DNA of 64,000 nucleotides. Source: Candidatus Eiseniibacteriota bacterium. Lineage in GTDB: Bacteria; Eisenbacteria; RBG-16-71-46. Below, piece after piece: positions 48,299 to 58,488 of this stretch. The stretch's first letter is position 1; every line of letters starts with the position of its first letter. Below the pieces are notes generated by a model, which saw nothing but the letters and a program-made list of their open reading frames with translations, had not been told where the DNA came from and made no database searches. Made by a program: the position numbers and the translations under genes. The stretch spans positions 1,504,001 through 1,568,000 of the forward strand of contig OY970178.1 of the NCBI GenBank assembly GCA_963707915.1. The letters run 5' to 3'.

Positions 48299-50014
48299 TC
48301 AGCGCGCCGTGGCCGGCGCCGGGGCTCCCGACGGCACCGGGGGATCGGGCGTGAGCTGCCTCACCCGCCCGCCGGCATCGCGCACGATGGCGCGGTACCA
48401 GGAGTCCGGGTACTTCGGGTGGGTCACCTTCCCCTGCGCGTCGCGCACGTTTCCGTCGAGGTACTTCCAGACCAGGTGCTCGCCCAGCTTGCGCCATCGC
48501 GCGACCACCCTCTCGCCCTGCCGGTCGCAGTGGTCGGTGAGGTAGTCGATCGCGAGCTGCGGGGCCTGGGCATGGAGCTTCAGCGCCGCGGCCTCGATCG
48601 CCGGCTGCTCGGCCACGAAGCCGCCCTCCAGCTCGCGCTGCACCCCCTGCAGGTCCACGACCATGTCGGCGTAGCGCGAGTACACCCAGTTGGAGACGAA
48701 GTTGAACACCCAGAACGCCGACTCCCAGGAGAACGAGCCGAAGTCGGCCGTGCCCGCGTCCCAGCTGTGCGGCGCCCGGGTGATGGCGCAGTAGAACGGC
48801 GTGTAGACCGTCAGGTAGGTGTCGTCCACGCCGAACCACAGGACGCCGCCGATCGGGTCGGGCAGCGCGGCACGGGACTGGGCCACGAACGAGAAGCCGG
48901 TCTGCTGCGTCGAGATCGCCCGCTCGTGCAGGTACTTCACGCTGTCGACCTCCCAGGTCATCGGCCGCCAGCGGTACGGCGACGCGTGGGGCCCCGCCCC
49001 CACGTCCAGCGCCATGTCGAACGGCGTGCCCTCGTAGTGGTCGCGCATCAGCGCCGCGGCGTCCATCACCGAGAGCTTGCGGTCGGGCTTGACCCACAGC
49101 GGCAGGCGCTTCTTCAGAGTGCTGCCGTCCACCATGTCGCTGGTCAGCCCGAGCGACGGGGCGGCGCGGCGGAACACGCTCCAGACGCGCGCCTCGCAGC
49201 TGCGCAGCTTGCCAGCGGTGAGCGGCGCGTAGGTGTCGCAGAACGAGAAGTCCTCGTCGCGGCCGGTGAACCAGCCCTTCTGCCGCGCGAAGGAGATCAC
49301 GTCGGGCGAGTACAGGCAGTTGGCCGGGTCGTTCAGCGGGAACTGCCGGATGCGCGGGTGGTTCGCGTGCGCCGAGAGGTAACCGTCGGGAACGCGGCGC
49401 GCGACCCATACCGCGCCCTTCGCCTTCTCGCCCTTGCCGATCATCTCCAGGAGCCAGACCTCCCTCGGGTCCGAGACCGAGAAGGACTCGCCGGTCGAGG
49501 CGTAGCCGTGCTCCGCCACCAGCGTGGTCATCACCTGGATCGCCTCGCGGGCGCTGGCCGCGCGTTCCAGCGCGATGTAGATGAGCGAGCCGTAGTCGAT
49601 GACGCCGGCCGGGCCCTTGAGCGAGTCGCGCCCGCCGAAGGTGGTCTCGCCGATCGCCACCTGGCGCTCGTTGATGTTGCCGACCACCCGCCAGGTGCGC
49701 GGCGCCTGCGGGATCCGCCCGAGGAACCTGCCGGTGTCCCACTCGACGATGTCGCGCATCGTGCCCGGCGCGAACACCCCCGGGGGCCGCAGCACCAGCT
49801 CGCCGTAGAACGTGTGCGAATCGGCGGAATAGGTGATCAGGCTCGAGCCGTCGGTCGACGCGCCCGGGGTGACCAGGATGTTGGTGCAGGCGCTCGCGGT
49901 TCCGGGCGCGGACAGCGCCAGGGCCAGCAGCAGCGCGCCCCGGATCCGGCTCCGGAGCGCGGCGTTCTTCGCGGCGCGGGGACAGCGGGGGGCTTCGGGC
50001 ATGGTCGGCTCCAT
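48299..50014 (-). CDS. Peptidase C69 family dipeptidase (Ntn hydrolase)
   Basis: Signal peptide then ACTNILV (N-terminal Cys nucleophile), NERQVAIGETTFGG, DPREVWLLEMIGKG, MRDHYEGT. Confidence 0.9.
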   Translation of the reverse strand: MEPTMPEAPRCPRAAKNAALRSRIRGALLLALALSAPGTASACTNILVTPGASTDGSSLITYSADSHTFYGELVLRPPGVFAPGTMRDIVEWDTGRFLGRIPQAPRTWRVVGNINERQVAIGETTFGGRDSLKGPAGVIDYGSLIYIALERAASAREAIQVMTTLVAEHGYASTGESFSVSDPREVWLLEMIGKGEKAKGAVWVARRVPDGYLSAHANHPRIRQFPLNDPANCLYSPDVISFARQKGWFTGRDEDFSFCDTYAPLTAGKLRSCEARVWSVFRRAAPSLGLTSDMVDGSTLKKRLPLWVKPDRKLSVMDAAALMRDHYEGTPFDMALDVGAGPHASPYRWRPMTWEVDSVKYLHERAISTQQTGFSFVAQSRAALPDPIGGVLWFGVDDTYLTVYTPFYCAITRAPHSWDAGTADFGSFSWESAFWVFNFVSNWVYSRYADMVVDLQGVQRELEGGFVAEQPAIEAAALKLHAQAPQLAIDYLTDHCDRQGERVVARWRKLGEHLVWKYLDGNVRDAQGKVTHPKYPDSWYRAIVRDAGGRVRQLTPDPPVPSGAPAPATAR

Positions 50015-50034
50015 GAGGGGTTCGTTTCCTCTCG

Positions 50035-51381
50035 TCAGCGCTTGAGCGGGTGCGTCTCGCGCGCCATCGTCCCGGTGCGGAGCACCTCTTCGATCTTGTA
50101 GACTCCGAGCTTGCGGTTCTTGACGAAGCCGCTGAACGCCTTCTCGGCGAGCACGCCGTCCTTCAGCATGTCGGACAGCCACTCCAGCGCCAGCGAGGGC
50201 GTGTACTGCGGCAGCGCGGCGCCCTTGTCCATCAGCCAGCGCATGTTCTTGTCCTCCTGCGAGCCGAGCGGCGGGGCCATCACGATCGGGATGCCGAGCC
50301 CCGAGTAGAACGACAGCTCGCTCGGCTTGGTCCACAGGATGTCGGTCTCGCGCATCAGCGCGTCGAACCGGTCGAAGTAGGCGGGCTTGTGCGCCTCGCG
50401 GAGGATCAGCACTCCGTCGCCGAGCGCGGCCTCCAACCCGAGGCGGACCACGCACTCGCGCAACATCTGCTCGACCAGCGGATTCACGCCCGCCACCAGC
50501 GCGAGCCGGAAGCGGCCATCCAGGATGCCGGGCTTCAGGCTCTCCGCCAGCTGCATGCCGATCTCGACCTGCGCGCCCGCCCCGCCGACCGCGAAGGTCA
50601 CCGTGACGCGGGCGCCACCGGCCGCGGGCCGCGGCCGCTCCCCCAGCATCTCCTCGACCGTCGAGCCGAAGACCGAGGCGAACCGCCCCTGCGGGTCGAG
50701 CCGCGCCAGCCGCTGCAGCAGGTCCGCGCGAAGGACCTCCATCCCCGGCCCGCCGATGTTCTCGCGCGGGAGCGGGAAGCCGGTGATGAAGATGCGCTCG
50801 TCGGGGACGCCGTACTGGCGCAGGCGCCGCATGACCCGGCCGCAGGGCGCGAAGTACTGGATGCGGCTGCGCGCCGCGTTCGACGCCACCCACACGCGGT
50901 TCAGGTCGGCGTCGCAGATGACGCTGAACACCGGGGCATAGCGGGCGTGCTCGGCGACCAGCGACGGAGCGTAGAAGGTCGAGATCACCGGCAGCCAGCG
51001 GGTGCGCAGCCGTTCGAGCATCGAGCGGCCCAGCCCCTGCCGGATCAGGTAGTCCACGAAGTAGTTGTTAAGCGAGGGCTTCGAGAGGTCCCGCAGCGGG
51101 TAGAAGGGCGGGATGTGCAGCATCTTGTCGAGCACCCCGAAGAGCGCGCCGCCCACGAACGGCAGGTTCCGGGCGCGCGAGAGGGTCTCGTAGGTCCAGG
51201 TGAGGCGTCGCCAGAAGCGGGCCTCGTCGGCATCGGTGAAGTCCGGGCTGCCGGCGGTGAGCACGCCATCGTGCGCGAGGTAGGCCAGCGCGTGCGCGGC
51301 ACGCTGGTGGCCCAGCCCCATGTCGGCGGTCACGATCCAGGCGCGAAGGATGTCCAGGTTGGTGGTCACGATGGTGCCCAT
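50035..51381 (-). CDS. GT-B-fold glycosyltransferase-like protein (MGDG synthase-like)
   Basis: DMGLGHQRAA, ICDAD..W, IFITGFPL, VGGAG, ILWTKPSE, PPLGSQEDKN. Confidence 0.65.
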   Translation of the reverse strand: MGTIVTTNLDILRAWIVTADMGLGHQRAAHALAYLAHDGVLTAGSPDFTDADEARFWRRLTWTYETLSRARNLPFVGGALFGVLDKMLHIPPFYPLRDLSKPSLNNYFVDYLIRQGLGRSMLERLRTRWLPVISTFYAPSLVAEHARYAPVFSVICDADLNRVWVASNAARSRIQYFAPCGRVMRRLRQYGVPDERIFITGFPLPRENIGGPGMEVLRADLLQRLARLDPQGRFASVFGSTVEEMLGERPRPAAGGARVTVTFAVGGAGAQVEIGMQLAESLKPGILDGRFRLALVAGVNPLVEQMLRECVVRLGLEAALGDGVLILREAHKPAYFDRFDALMRETDILWTKPSELSFYSGLGIPIVMAPPLGSQEDKNMRWLMDKGAALPQYTPSLALEWLSDMLKDGVLAEKAFSGFVKNRKLGVYKIEEVLRTGTMARETHPLKR

Positions 51382-51598
51382 GCTAAGCGATAGCCGGCAC
51401 GCGCGTCATCCCGCGGCGGAGAGCGCCGCCAGGGTCCGTTCGCAGGGCTATCGGCAGGGCGGTGCGGATGGCGCACGGAGGCGCGGAATGCGGCACTCGA
51501 CCGGGGACGCCACGGGCGCCGCGGACGCGGCTTCCATCGTCCCCCGAGGCGCAGACGGCTTCCTGGGATCGCGCAGGAGCCGCGCCCACCTGAGGGGT

Positions 51599-54178
51599 TC
51601 AACGCAAGACGACCAATTTCCTCACGCCCACGTCGCGCCCGGCGCGGACTTGCACGAGGTAGACGCCATCACGCACGGGGGCGCCTGAACCGTCCCGTCC
51701 ATCCCAGCGGATGTCGTGCTCGCCCGGGGTCGAGCGTTCGCCAGCCACCAACGATCGCACCTTGCGTCCGGCGAGGTCGAACAGGGCCACATCGACGGTG
51801 CAAGCCGAGGGCAGCAGGAAGCGGATCCCGCTCGTCCCACGCGAGGGATTCGGCCTCGGTGCTGCGAGCTGAAAGGTCCGCGGGAGGCCGGGCGCTGCCG
51901 TTCCGACACCGAGCAGGGTGCGCCCGCCCGTGTTCATCAGCACCGAGACCGAGGCGTAGTTCGCGGTCACGAGGTCGAGCTTGCCATCGCGATTGAGGTC
52001 CCCGACCGCGACGAAGTGGGGGCCAGGGCCGGTCGGGTACAGGCCCTGGGCGCTGAAGGTGCCGTCGCCCTCGCCGAGCAGCACGAAGACAAAGTCCCCC
52101 GCGCCGAAAGTCCATCTAGCGTTGGTCGCCACCAGGTCGGGTTTGCCATCGCCGTCCAGGTCGCCGATCGCCACGGAGCCCGGAATGATCATCCACGTGT
52201 CGTAGTCGGTCTTCATCCCGAAGGTTCCGTCGCCGTTGCCGAGCAGCACCGAGACCCTGGTGGAGCCGGAGTTCGCCGTAACCAGGTCGGGCTTGCCGTC
52301 ACCGTTCAGGTCCCCGATCGCCACCGAGCTGGGACCTGACCCGGTGGCGAAGTCGCTCTTCGGGCCGAAGTCGCCATCACCGCGGCCAAGCAGCACCGAG
52401 ACCGTGTTGGAGCCGAGATTCGCCGTCACCAGGTCAGGCATGCCGTCGCCGTTCAGGTCCCCGATTGCCGCGCAGTAGGGTTCGATCCCCGTGCCGAAGT
52501 CGCTCTTCATCCCGAAGGTTCCGTCGCCGTTGCCGGGCAGCACCGAGACCGTGTTGGAGCCGGAGTTCGCCGTCACCAGGTCGAGCTTGCTGTCGCCGTT
52601 CAGGTCCCCGGTCACCACGGAGTAGGGTTCGGTCCCCGTGCCGAAGTCGCTCTTCAGGCCGAAGTCGCCATCGCCGCGGCCGAGCAGCACCGAGACCGTG
52701 TTGGAGCCGACATTCGCCGTCACCAGGTCACGCTTGCCGTCGCCGTTCAGGTCCCCGGTCGCCACGGAGTAGGGTTCGGTCCCCGTGCCGAAGTCGCTCT
52801 TCATCCCGAAGGTTCCGTCGCCGCTGCCGAGCAGCACCGAGATCGTGTTGGAGCCGGAGTTCGCCGCCACCAAGTCGGGCTTGAGGTCACCGTTCAGGTC
52901 CGCGATCGCGACGGAGGCGGGGGAGCTCCCGATGCCGAGCGTCCTCGCGCCGAAGCTACCGTCGCCGTTGCCGAGCAGAACCGAGACCGTGCCCGGGTCG
53001 TCAGAGTAGCCTTCGTCCGCTGTTGCCAGGTCAAGCTTGCCGTCACCGTTCACGTCTCCGACCGCGAGGGACACAGGAACTCCCGCACCGCCGACGGCAG
53101 TGGGGAACGCAGTCACCACGCCGAAAGTGCCGTCGCCGTTGCCGAGCCAAACGTCGACCTCCGCGCGGTACCCCATCGGGATCACCATGTAGCGGGTGTT
53201 CGGCACCGCCAGATCGGGCTTCCCATCGCCGTTCAGGTCGCAGATCGCGACAGAGCCCGCACCCATCTGAGCCATCCCCCCGTCGAACGGGTAGCCGCTC
53301 GCTGCGTCGAAACTGCCATCGCCTTGGCCGAGGAGCACCGAGACGTTGCTGGAGATGCGGTTCCCCACCACCAGGTCGGGCGCTCCGTCGCCGTTCAGGT
53401 CTCCGATCGCCACCGAGAGGGGACCTGTCCCGGTCGCGAAGTCGGTCTTTGAGCCGAAGCCGCCATCGCCGCGGCCGAGCAGCACCGAGACCCCGTTGGA
53501 GCTCTGGTCCGTCACCGCCAGATCGGGCGCTCCGTCTCCGTTCAGGTCCCCGATCGCCACCGAACTGGGCCCTGATCCGGTGGCGAAGTCGGTCCTCGCT
53601 CCGAAGGCGCCCTCGCCGCTGCCGAGCAGCACCGAGACCGTATTGGAACCCTGGTTGGCCACCACCAGGTCGGGCATTCCGTCATCGTTCAGGTCCCCGA
53701 TCGCCACCGAGCGGGGATTCCCCCCGACGTCGGAGATCCAGCCTTCCCAATACGTCCCATCGCCGTTGCCGTCCAGCACCGAGACCGTGTTGGAGCCCTG
53801 GTTCGCCACCGCCAGTTCGGGAGTTCCGTCACCGTCCAGGTCCCCGATCGCCACCGACGATGGCGCAGTCTCGGTGTCAGAGTCCTGCTTCGTCCCGAAG
53901 CCACCATCGCCGTCACCAAGCAGCACCGAGACCGTGTTGGAGCCCCGGTTCGCCGCCACCAGATCGGCAATTCCGTCATGGTTCAGGTCGCCGATCGCCA
54001 CGGACGAGGGCCAGATCCCGACGCCGAAACCTCGAGGTGCGGAAAAGAGCGGATCGGCGGTGGTTCTGCGCGGAACCGCAGTGGAGGCAGCGAGCAGGAC
54101 GAACACGAGCCAGCCGTTGATCAGGGCGCGGCGTGGAAGCACTCCGCGCACCCGCTCTGGAACATCCTGATGGAACAT
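51599..54178 (-). CDS. FG-GAP/VCBS repeat beta-propeller protein with C-terminal FlgD-Ig domain
   Basis: About 14 repeats of SVAIGDLNGDGKPDLVTAN.GSNTVSVLLG.GDG.FG; C-terminal PRPNP..FDLAGRKVR..WDGRDGSGAPVRDGVY. Confidence 0.9.
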   Translation of the reverse strand: MFHQDVPERVRGVLPRRALINGWLVFVLLAASTAVPRRTTADPLFSAPRGFGVGIWPSSVAIGDLNHDGIADLVAANRGSNTVSVLLGDGDGGFGTKQDSDTETAPSSVAIGDLDGDGTPELAVANQGSNTVSVLDGNGDGTYWEGWISDVGGNPRSVAIGDLNDDGMPDLVVANQGSNTVSVLLGSGEGAFGARTDFATGSGPSSVAIGDLNGDGAPDLAVTDQSSNGVSVLLGRGDGGFGSKTDFATGTGPLSVAIGDLNGDGAPDLVVGNRISSNVSVLLGQGDGSFDAASGYPFDGGMAQMGAGSVAICDLNGDGKPDLAVPNTRYMVIPMGYRAEVDVWLGNGDGTFGVVTAFPTAVGGAGVPVSLAVGDVNGDGKLDLATADEGYSDDPGTVSVLLGNGDGSFGARTLGIGSSPASVAIADLNGDLKPDLVAANSGSNTISVLLGSGDGTFGMKSDFGTGTEPYSVATGDLNGDGKRDLVTANVGSNTVSVLLGRGDGDFGLKSDFGTGTEPYSVVTGDLNGDSKLDLVTANSGSNTVSVLPGNGDGTFGMKSDFGTGIEPYCAAIGDLNGDGMPDLVTANLGSNTVSVLLGRGDGDFGPKSDFATGSGPSSVAIGDLNGDGKPDLVTANSGSTRVSVLLGNGDGTFGMKTDYDTWMIIPGSVAIGDLDGDGKPDLVATNARWTFGAGDFVFVLLGEGDGTFSAQGLYPTGPGPHFVAVGDLNRDGKLDLVTANYASVSVLMNTGGRTLLGVGTAAPGLPRTFQLAAPRPNPSRGTSGIRFLLPSACTVDVALFDLAGRKVRSLVAGERSTPGEHDIRWDGRDGSGAPVRDGVYLVQVRAGRDVGVRKLVVLR

Positions 54179-54389
54179 GAGCGGCCTGCTCCTGCCGCAG
54201 GATGGGCAAGTCCCCCGGCGGGAGCGGCTGCCCCGAAGCGGGCGACTGCGACGACACCGATAACATGTAGAGGTGAGCGCCGGCCGACTCGGCCGAGCCC
54301 GTTCCTAGAGCGTAGCCCCGGACCGCCCGCCCACCTAGCAAAATGCCCATGGATGGCAAGCCCGGCGTCGGCTGGTGGACGCTCAGCGC

Positions 54390-54539
54390 CCCGCCCTCGA
54401 CGAGCTTCAAGGCCTGGGCGAGCTGCTCGACCGTGAACTTGCTCGTCTTCATCCTGGGTCCTCCTCCTTCCGGTTCAGGAGGCCCCGAGGTTAGCGCACG
54501 ATGAGAGTCCGGCTGCTCCAGGAAACCGGGTTCGGATCA
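54390..54539 (-). mobile_element. IS3-family remnant (left end plus first ~21 codons of orfA)
   Basis: TGATCCGAACCCGGTTTCCTGGA IR-like end at 54539; AGGAGGAGG RBS; MKTSKFTVEQLAQALKLVEGG, after which similarity ends. Confidence 0.7.
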
Positions 54540-54540
54540 G

Positions 54541-54732
54541 CCCCACCGTGGACAACGCGGAGAAGTCCTCGTGATTCAACGTCCTGCTGCGCTTCCCGCC
54601 ACCGTCCCGCTCGACCACGCCCACTGGAAGTTGAATGCTAGCCCCGGGGTGGACACAGAGGTCGAAAGCGGCGAGAAGCCCGCTGAATGTGTGCAAAGCG
54701 ACGAGGTCGAAGAGACCCGTTCGGACCCATAG
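54541..54732 (+). pseudogene. Possible NUDIX hydrolase fragment
   Basis: GQRGEVLVIQR..HWKL..VESGEKPAECVQSDEVEET resembles a degenerate Nudix box; no start codon; abuts the IS3 end. Confidence 0.3.
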
Positions 54733-55010
54733 AACCGGGGTCAAACTAGCAGTTCGAGCACAGAACCAGCACAACCAGGGTCGCCGCTACGCACGCAGGA
54801 GAGCCACTTGAAGGTGACCTCTGGCGCCGGGCTCTAGAGGATCCGGCCAGCCCGAGGACTCCCCCCGAGAGTGCGGTGAAGGCCTCGGTTGGACGTGCTG
54901 GAAAGCTCCACTTGGCCAGCCTGCCATCTTCAGGGATTCCGGTTGTTTGCTGCCGCGCTCTGCGATCGAAGCGCTAGACAACCAGTAACCCGCGTGTTCT
55001 TCTGACCGCC

Positions 55011-58000
55011 ATGAGTGAACTCCATGGACCCCGGCAGTTCAGATTCTCTGATCCGCGGCACGAGCGCATCCACCGCCGACTTGCACGGTTGATCGGACCG
55101 GGCGCCGCTGCGTTCTTCCGTGACGCCTGCAAGGTCGTGGAGGAGGCCCCGGCATTTCAGACCACGAGCCACATAGTTGGGCACCTGCTCCGGGAGACTG
55201 AGAGCTCCATCCGCTACGCCTTTCAGCCATTGATCAAGTCTGCGGGGCCGAGACCGAAGGATGCCGGCCATCGCTTTCAAATCGAGCAGACGCTCAGTGC
55301 ACTGAACATCCCGCTTACTGACCCGGTGGCCAAGGCGTGGTTGGCGATCGCCGGCAAGGAGAACGACAAGGGGCTTGCCGGGTTGGCGCATCGCAGAGAC
55401 CTCGGGCCGCCGCGTCCGTTCGATGGTGGCGCTCGGCAGGCGGTTGAGCAGATTGTGACGGTGCTCGATGCCGTCCTCGAGAAAGTCGAGGCGAGGTGGG
55501 AGGTGTTCCTTGCCACCTTTGACGCTCTTGCGAAGACAGAGCACCCGAACGCTAAGCACGCCGAAGAGCTGCGCCTTCGTCTGCCCAATAGCCTTCAAGC
55601 CAGGAGTCACTTCTTCGGACAGCTCGGGAACCCTGAGTGGCTGGACCCGCTCGGGCGAGAGGGCTTCTTCAAACAACCGCCGGAACCGGTCGTCGACGAT
55701 GAGGCGGATACGATCCTCTTTCCCCCCTGGCCCGAGTCACAGTTCTTGCTCAGGATGGCTCAGGCCGGTGTTCGTGCGGTACAGGAACAGGTCGTCGCGA
55801 TAGCTGGCGGTATCCCCGATGCAGATAATGTCCGCGTCTACGACGACTTGGCCTCGATCGCTCTCGCGGTTCCACCTGACCTCGCGAATCGCCTTGTGCC
55901 GCGCATTCAAGCGAAGCTACCGCTCCCGTATTCGTCGCAGTTTCCGCTGCACGTTGCTGACCTCGTTGTTCACTTGACGACAGCGGGGCTGGTCACCGAA
56001 GCCCTTGGCCTAGCGCGCACTCTCCTTGCGCTAGACTCCGATCCGCGGGCCGAGCGCTACGAAACGCCACCGGAGCACCAGATCGCTCCATTGCCCGGTC
56101 CCCAGCCCCGAATGCACCCGGCGTTCTATGACGATGTCTTGGAGAAGATGGTCCCGGCCCTCTTCAAGGCGAGCCCACACCAGACGACAGAGCTGCTGGC
56201 GGACCTTCTCGAGCAAGGGCTCCGTCTGGCGCAGCGGACGGCATCCCAGGCCGGCCCCGAGGCACAGTCGCAGGTATGGTGGCCGGACTTGACGCTCGCG
56301 CGCCCGAGTGTGGCCGACGACCCGCCGGCCATGCTGCTCGATGCTCTGCGCGGGTGCGTCATGGAGCTCGTGGCGAAGGATGCGGGGGCTGCTCTCGGAC
56401 TTGTCGCTGCCTTCGAGGCCAAGCCGTGGCATGTCTTCCGGCGTCTCTCTCTTCTGCTCCTTCGGCTCACTCCTGACCTTCCGGTCGGGGAGATTGAACG
56501 CCGCCTCCTGAGACTCGAGGACCACGAGATTCGAGAGTTCCACCGCGAGTACGTGGACCTGCTTCGCGAGTCGTACCCGAATCTCGGCGCCCCGGCCCAG
56601 CACACCATTCGCGAGTACCTGGCTCGGGAAAGGGACCAGGAGTCGTTGGTCGAGAACTTCCGATTCTGGTCTGGTCGTGACCCCTCTCCCCAGGACATCG
56701 CACAGCGCCAAGATGAATGGCGAGCAGCGCGTCTGGAACCCGTTGCGGAGTACCTGCCGGCCGAGATCAGGGACCAGTACGACGTGTGGGCGAGAACCCT
56801 TGAACCTCGGAGCGAGCCCACCCCTCCCGCCGCCGGCTGGGGATCACCGCGTTCGCCAAGGAAGTCGGAGGACCTTGCCGGCATGGAAGACGACGCGCTT
56901 GTGAACTACCTGGCGAACGTCGACTTGGGCGACGAACGCTTCGGACTCTCCCGGGAAGGGCTGGGCGAGTCCCTGACGCAGGCCGTCACGAGCGATCCGG
57001 ACCGATTTGTTCGCCTTGCCCCCCGGTTTCGCGACTTGGACCCAGCCTATCAACACGCACTATTCGCGGGACTCCACGACGTCTTGGCCAGGCAATCTGT
57101 CTTCAGCTGGCCTCCGATCCTAGACTTGGCAGTCGTAGTCACGTCCTCCACACCCGACCCAGCGAGTAGGCGAGGGGGCGGTCACTCCCCCGATGACCTG
57201 TGGGTCCGGCGAGCGATTCTGGATCTCGTCGCCCGAGGGTTGGAACCCGGACCTGGGGAGCTGCCTTTCGAACTCCGTCCGCGCATCTGGTCGGTCCTTG
57301 AGCCGCTCACGGCTGACCCCGATCCGACGCCGGACGAAGATGCCAAGCACACGAGCGCGGAAGAACGCGAGACGTTGTACCTGAACAGTCTCCGCGGCCG
57401 CGCGCTGGACGCTGTCTGGGGATACTCGGTCTGGATCTACAGGCATGATCACAAGGATGGCAGCAGGCCCATGACCTTCGGGCCCATCCCGGAGGTCCGC
57501 AGCATCCTCGGACGGCACCTCGACCCCGAGCACGAGCCGTCGCCGGCGATTCGTGTCTTCTATGGGCAGCACCTGCAGCAACTCCGCCGCCTCGACCCCG
57601 AGTGGCTGCACAACCAGGTGAAGCGGATCCTCCCTCGGGACCTCGAGTTGCTCTCCCAGAGCGCCTGGCAAGCGTACCTCTCCAGTGCCCAGGTTCAGCC
57701 ACCCGACTTCGAGATTCTCCGGCCCTGGTACGAGCAGGCCGTGGCGGAGGTCGGCTCCGACCTCTCAGGGGACACCCAGCGCTCCGCCGAACACCTGGGG
57801 CGCCACCTCGCAAGACTCCAGTGGCTGGGAGTGATCTCGCCGCGTGAGCCCGGCGGCTTGCTGGAGCGCTACTTCGCTCAGGCATCTCCAGCACTGCGCG
57901 GGGAGACGCTTGAGTTTGTCGCGCTCACGCTCAACAACACTAGCGACGCGCCTGCGCCCGTGCTCGAGCGCATGAGAATGCTCTGGGAGTGGCGGAGAGA

Positions 58001-58391
58001 AACCGCGGAAGGCACTGTTGAGCGGGAACAAGTCGCCGAGGAGATGGCTGCCTTTGGCCGGTGGTTTGCCTGCCCGCAGTTGGACCCCGAGTGGACACTT
58101 CGGGAGCTGAACGCGGCATTGCGGCTGAGTGGGCGCGTGGAACTCGCACCGACTGTCGTCAGCCGGCTGGCAATCCTCTCCGAGCGGTTCCCGAAAGCTG
58201 CCATCGAATGCTTGGATCTGATGGTGGGGGGCCGTGACCGCGACTTTGGCCCCGACTTCTGGCTACACGATGCCAGGCCAGTTCTTGAGAACGCTCGCCG
58301 CAGTCCCGACCCCGCGACTCAACAGGCGGCGATTGTGGTCATTAACCGCCTCTCCGCGCTCGGCTTCACGCAGTTTCGGGATCTCCTCTAG
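55011..58391 (+). CDS. 1126-aa hypothetical protein, putative defence protein (N-terminal HEPN-like effector plus long helical region)
   Basis: Long ORF with island-type codon usage; SHIVGHLLRETESSIR..LAGLAH N-terminal domain; W/L-rich helical repeats; no Walker A seen. Confidence 0.7.
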   Translation: MSELHGPRQFRFSDPRHERIHRRLARLIGPGAAAFFRDACKVVEEAPAFQTTSHIVGHLLRETESSIRYAFQPLIKSAGPRPKDAGHRFQIEQTLSALNIPLTDPVAKAWLAIAGKENDKGLAGLAHRRDLGPPRPFDGGARQAVEQIVTVLDAVLEKVEARWEVFLATFDALAKTEHPNAKHAEELRLRLPNSLQARSHFFGQLGNPEWLDPLGREGFFKQPPEPVVDDEADTILFPPWPESQFLLRMAQAGVRAVQEQVVAIAGGIPDADNVRVYDDLASIALAVPPDLANRLVPRIQAKLPLPYSSQFPLHVADLVVHLTTAGLVTEALGLARTLLALDSDPRAERYETPPEHQIAPLPGPQPRMHPAFYDDVLEKMVPALFKASPHQTTELLADLLEQGLRLAQRTASQAGPEAQSQVWWPDLTLARPSVADDPPAMLLDALRGCVMELVAKDAGAALGLVAAFEAKPWHVFRRLSLLLLRLTPDLPVGEIERRLLRLEDHEIREFHREYVDLLRESYPNLGAPAQHTIREYLARERDQESLVENFRFWSGRDPSPQDIAQRQDEWRAARLEPVAEYLPAEIRDQYDVWARTLEPRSEPTPPAAGWGSPRSPRKSEDLAGMEDDALVNYLANVDLGDERFGLSREGLGESLTQAVTSDPDRFVRLAPRFRDLDPAYQHALFAGLHDVLARQSVFSWPPILDLAVVVTSSTPDPASRRGGGHSPDDLWVRRAILDLVARGLEPGPGELPFELRPRIWSVLEPLTADPDPTPDEDAKHTSAEERETLYLNSLRGRALDAVWGYSVWIYRHDHKDGSRPMTFGPIPEVRSILGRHLDPEHEPSPAIRVFYGQHLQQLRRLDPEWLHNQVKRILPRDLELLSQSAWQAYLSSAQVQPPDFEILRPWYEQAVAEVGSDLSGDTQRSAEHLGRHLARLQWLGVISPREPGGLLERYFAQASPALRGETLEFVALTLNNTSDAPAPVLERMRMLWEWRRETAEGTVEREQVAEEMAAFGRWFACPQLDPEWTLRELNAALRLSGRVELAPTVVSRLAILSERFPKAAIECLDLMVGGRDRDFGPDFWLHDARPVLENARRSPDPATQQAAIVVINRLSALGFTQFRDLL

Positions 58392-58488
58392 CCTTCGTCG
58401 GCGGGGTCTTCGGGAGTGGCGGCACGCCCCGCAAGAATGCCAAGGAGGCAGTTCAAGATGGCCGAGCTCAGCAAGCCACAGCTTCAAT

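Noticed and set aside
98..51393. Many long antisense or alternate-frame ORFs (e.g. 1124-3058, 12813-15128, 20787-23066, 46417-48354)
   Set aside because: Stop-codon scarcity in very high-GC DNA; low-complexity translations overlapping well-supported genes
51900..54010. Regular ~150-bp DNA repeats
   Set aside because: These are coding FG-GAP repeats within one ORF, not a CRISPR array or non-coding repeat
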